From a virus (Duplodnaviria; Caudoviricetes): a stretch of DNA of 53,856 nucleotides. Under the pieces are notes generated by a model that saw only the letters and a list, made by a program, of their open reading frames with translations, did no database searches and had not been told where the DNA came from. The translations under genes were made by a program, and so were the position numbers. The stretch's first letter is position 1. Every line of letters starts with the position of its first letter. Shown here in pieces: positions 51,283 to 53,856 of the stretch. The stretch is from the IMG/VR virus record IMGVR_UViG_3300020119_000151, positions 1-53,856 of that record; one strand, written 5' to 3'.

Positions 51283-53856
51283 GTGGCGACTGAATTTAAA
51301 CCGCAAACGCTGATAGATTTCATTTCGACCTTGGAGGGGGGAATGAGCGGAGGTAAGTCGCCGCTGTTGATTCCAAAAAATCAGATTTCATTCGGTCAGA
51401 ACCTTTCCCTTCGCGGCGGATTCGCCCAGCCAAGAAATCCGCTTCAGGTTAAAAAGCTCAACTTCAACGGAAGTACCGACCTGCAAAACCTGGTTCTGAA
51501 CGGGCGCTTTCAGGGCGCCGGTTATTACCGTCCCGATTCAGGAACGGAGTCGTTGGTTGCACAGATTCAGGGACATCTTCTCCTTTTCACTGAAGTTGGC
51601 AACGGTTGGAACGTGACCGACATCAGCATACCGAACGACCTGAACGACGCGAATGTTTCTCAGGTGTGGATGTGGCAGGCTGAAAACTTTCTCATCGTTC
51701 AAGACGGCACTGGAACATTGCCGATCTTCTACAACGGAACGACCTCGCGCCGTTCGTTTGGTCCTTCAGTTTTGCTGGGAACGGCGGTTGCGTTCAATCC
51801 ATCTACCCCGCCGGCAATCGGCGTTGCGGTCCAGGTGACTTTGAGCGCCCCATATACCGGCCCGTTCAACGTGCCGGTGATTTTCAACAAGGAATTTTAT
51901 CAGCCTTCCAGTTCGCTCGCCGGGTATCCGGTGATTTTAAAGAACAACAACGACACGCCCGGAAACACCGTGCCGGTGAATACGCCGGTCATCGCAATCC
52001 CGACTTCCGGAAACTCGAATTACAACATCGTCTCTTTTTCAGATGTGACGGCAAGCGCGGTTTTTCTGACCGCATCCGGCGGCGTGTTCACCTATAATGG
52101 AAACAAAATCGATACCGGAGGACCGATGTTTCACACCGGGTCAGTGGCATTCTTGGGAAGCCAGTTTGACACCATTTGGTTTTTGCCGAACGGAACCAGT
52201 GCCACGATCTCGATTAACACGCCGTTTTTGCAACCCGTTGGAACCGTCCTGACGATAGGCATGACGCAAACCCTGACGGCAGACGGACACACTTTTACGG
52301 AAACCCAAATCGGCGGCGGTACTGGGGCATACCAGAACGGTGCGAATTGGACTGTGACATCAGTTTCGCAGGATGGAAAAACGCTAGGGATAACCCTGTT
52401 GAACAATGCCGGCGGCGCGTTTTATTTCGGCAATGGTCCGTATCAGGACAACGGCGGAGGGGGACACGTTGCGGCCAACACAACCCCGCTGTCTTTTTAC
52501 AACCAGACATTTTCGGCAAGCTTCACTTCGCCGTCGTACATCATCGGGACGACGGTTCAGCCGTACGTTGTGCCTGCCCTGGGTCAAAATATAACCGTGC
52601 TGTTGAGCAACGCCTATACCGGACCAAATAACGCGGGCGCGACGGTTTTGGGAAAAAGCTATCAGATTTCAAATCCGGCAAATCCAGCGCCATCAACGAC
52701 GCTTTACCTGATAAATCTCACCGACAACACAACCGGGGCTTACGTCAACCCTTCCCCCATCATGTCCGTGCCTGAACTTCCCGCCGGCCGCAATGGGGCG
52801 TATGGCATGGGGTGTAATTGTTGCGTCCTGACGGACGGCATCAGCTATATCATCAGCGACGTGGTTGGTTCTGGCGCCGGCACCCAGGCGAACAACTTCA
52901 GGGATGCGGTTTTGAAGGTCACGCAGAACGATTTTCTTTTCGGAGGAGGCTCTTTCCGTTTGCCCGGCACTGGCGAAATCGCAACGGCGGTAATTTTCCC
53001 CCCGAACCTGGACACGTCACTTGGGCAAGGCCCGCTTCAGATCGGGACGCCATTCTCTTTCTTCACGAACGTCGTGCCTGGAACCGACCCGGCAAACTGG
53101 CCGACGCTGACGACCCCGATTCAGACCGAAAGCCTGAAGGACAACGGACCACTCGGGCAAAACTCGACGATTTCGGTCAACAGCGACACTTTTTTCAGGT
53201 CGAACATCGGCATAGGTTCATTGGTTCTGGCGCGGCGAGCGTTCCAAGGCTGGGGCAACAAACCAATCAGCTATGAAGTCATGCCGCTGTTCGACCCGGA
53301 CGACCAGAGCCTTTTGCAGTACAGCAGCGCGATTTCATTCACAAACCGCTTCCAATGCACGGCGAATCCGATCACTTCAAGCAACGGCGTCGTGCATCGT
53401 GGCGTCGTATCCCTGAATTTTGAGCTAATCAGCACTTTGCGCGAAGTCATTCCGCCGGCATGGGAAGGATTGCTTACCGGACTGAACATTTTTCAGATGG
53501 TTTCCGGGCGCGTCAATGGAAGCCTCCGGTCCTTTGCATTTACGTTCAATTACAACACGAATAATTTGGAGCTTTACGAGTTTTTGAGCGAGAGCGATTC
53601 CAATTATTTGGACAACGGAACGACGCCGATAGTTTGGGCGTTTGAAACCGCCTGCCTTTTCAACTCGGACGTGAAGCCGCTGAATGAACTCGTCATGCTG
53701 CACGATGGCGAGATTTATATCAGCGACATCCAGGGTAATGTTGACATCAAGGTTTATTACCGACCTGATTTTTACTCCTGTTGGACGCTTTGGGGAAATC
53801 CGAAAGTCTGCCAGTCATCGGACGCCGGCAATTCAAAGCCGGGATACCGGATGCGG
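51283..53856 (+). CDS. 5' part of a ~1,197-aa tail nozzle/stabilisation-like protein (continues at 128-1147)
   Basis: GTG 51283; MATEFKPQTLIDFISTLEGGMSGGKSPLLIP..; frame appears open to the window end; missed by the ORF track. Confidence 0.8.
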   Translation, partial: MATEFKPQTLIDFISTLEGGMSGGKSPLLIPKNQISFGQNLSLRGGFAQPRNPLQVKKLNFNGSTDLQNLVLNGRFQGAGYYRPDSGTESLVAQIQGHLLLFTEVGNGWNVTDISIPNDLNDANVSQVWMWQAENFLIVQDGTGTLPIFYNGTTSRRSFGPSVLLGTAVAFNPSTPPAIGVAVQVTLSAPYTGPFNVPVIFNKEFYQPSSSLAGYPVILKNNNDTPGNTVPVNTPVIAIPTSGNSNYNIVSFSDVTASAVFLTASGGVFTYNGNKIDTGGPMFHTGSVAFLGSQFDTIWFLPNGTSATISINTPFLQPVGTVLTIGMTQTLTADGHTFTETQIGGGTGAYQNGANWTVTSVSQDGKTLGITLLNNAGGAFYFGNGPYQDNGGGGHVAANTTPLSFYNQTFSASFTSPSYIIGTTVQPYVVPALGQNITVLLSNAYTGPNNAGATVLGKSYQISNPANPAPSTTLYLINLTDNTTGAYVNPSPIMSVPELPAGRNGAYGMGCNCCVLTDGISYIISDVVGSGAGTQANNFRDAVLKVTQNDFLFGGGSFRLPGTGEIATAVIFPPNLDTSLGQGPLQIGTPFSFFTNVVPGTDPANWPTLTTPIQTESLKDNGPLGQNSTISVNSDTFFRSNIGIGSLVLARRAFQGWGNKPISYEVMPLFDPDDQSLLQYSSAISFTNRFQCTANPITSSNGVVHRGVVSLNFELISTLREVIPPAWEGLLTGLNIFQMVSGRVNGSLRSFAFTFNYNTNNLELYEFLSESDSNYLDNGTTPIVWAFETACLFNSDVKPLNELVMLHDGEIYISDIQGNVDIKVYYRPDFYSCWTLWGNPKVCQSSDAGNSKPGYRMR
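53730..53856. repeat. Terminal overlap, right copy
   Basis: Identical to 1-127. Confidence 0.97.

Overview
This window is most likely one complete, circularly assembled ~53.7-kb tailed-phage genome. Bases 1-127 equal 53730-53856, and one ~1,197-aa tail gene runs across the join. The layout is podovirus-like: portal, scaffold, GroES, major capsid protein, tail and ejection proteins, a 2,246-aa giant virion protein and a reverse-strand terminase. It also encodes DnaB, ERF/RecE-like recombination proteins, RusA, RadC, two XRE regulators and four HNH-type genes. I recognised no integrase or endolysin. A Verrucomicrobiota host is a weak inference. Strongest observations: (1) a transposase-less IS1595-type cassette (26-bp perfect terminal inverted repeats, 8-bp target duplication) filled end to end by a C5 DNA methyltransferase, whose removal restores an ATGA gene junction; (2) an amidinotransferase plus glycosyl- and methyl-transferases embedded in the head module; (3) a second C5 methyltransferase split over two overlapping frames, with an internal frame swap at a G7 run; (4) a sigma54-type promoter with an upstream TGTCC/GGACA dyad array heading an accessory operon; (5) a Shine-Dalgarno-led 60-codon ORF nested in the giant gene; (6) an atypical tRNA next to a structured non-coding region. 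All product calls come from motif recognition by eye; no searches were run.
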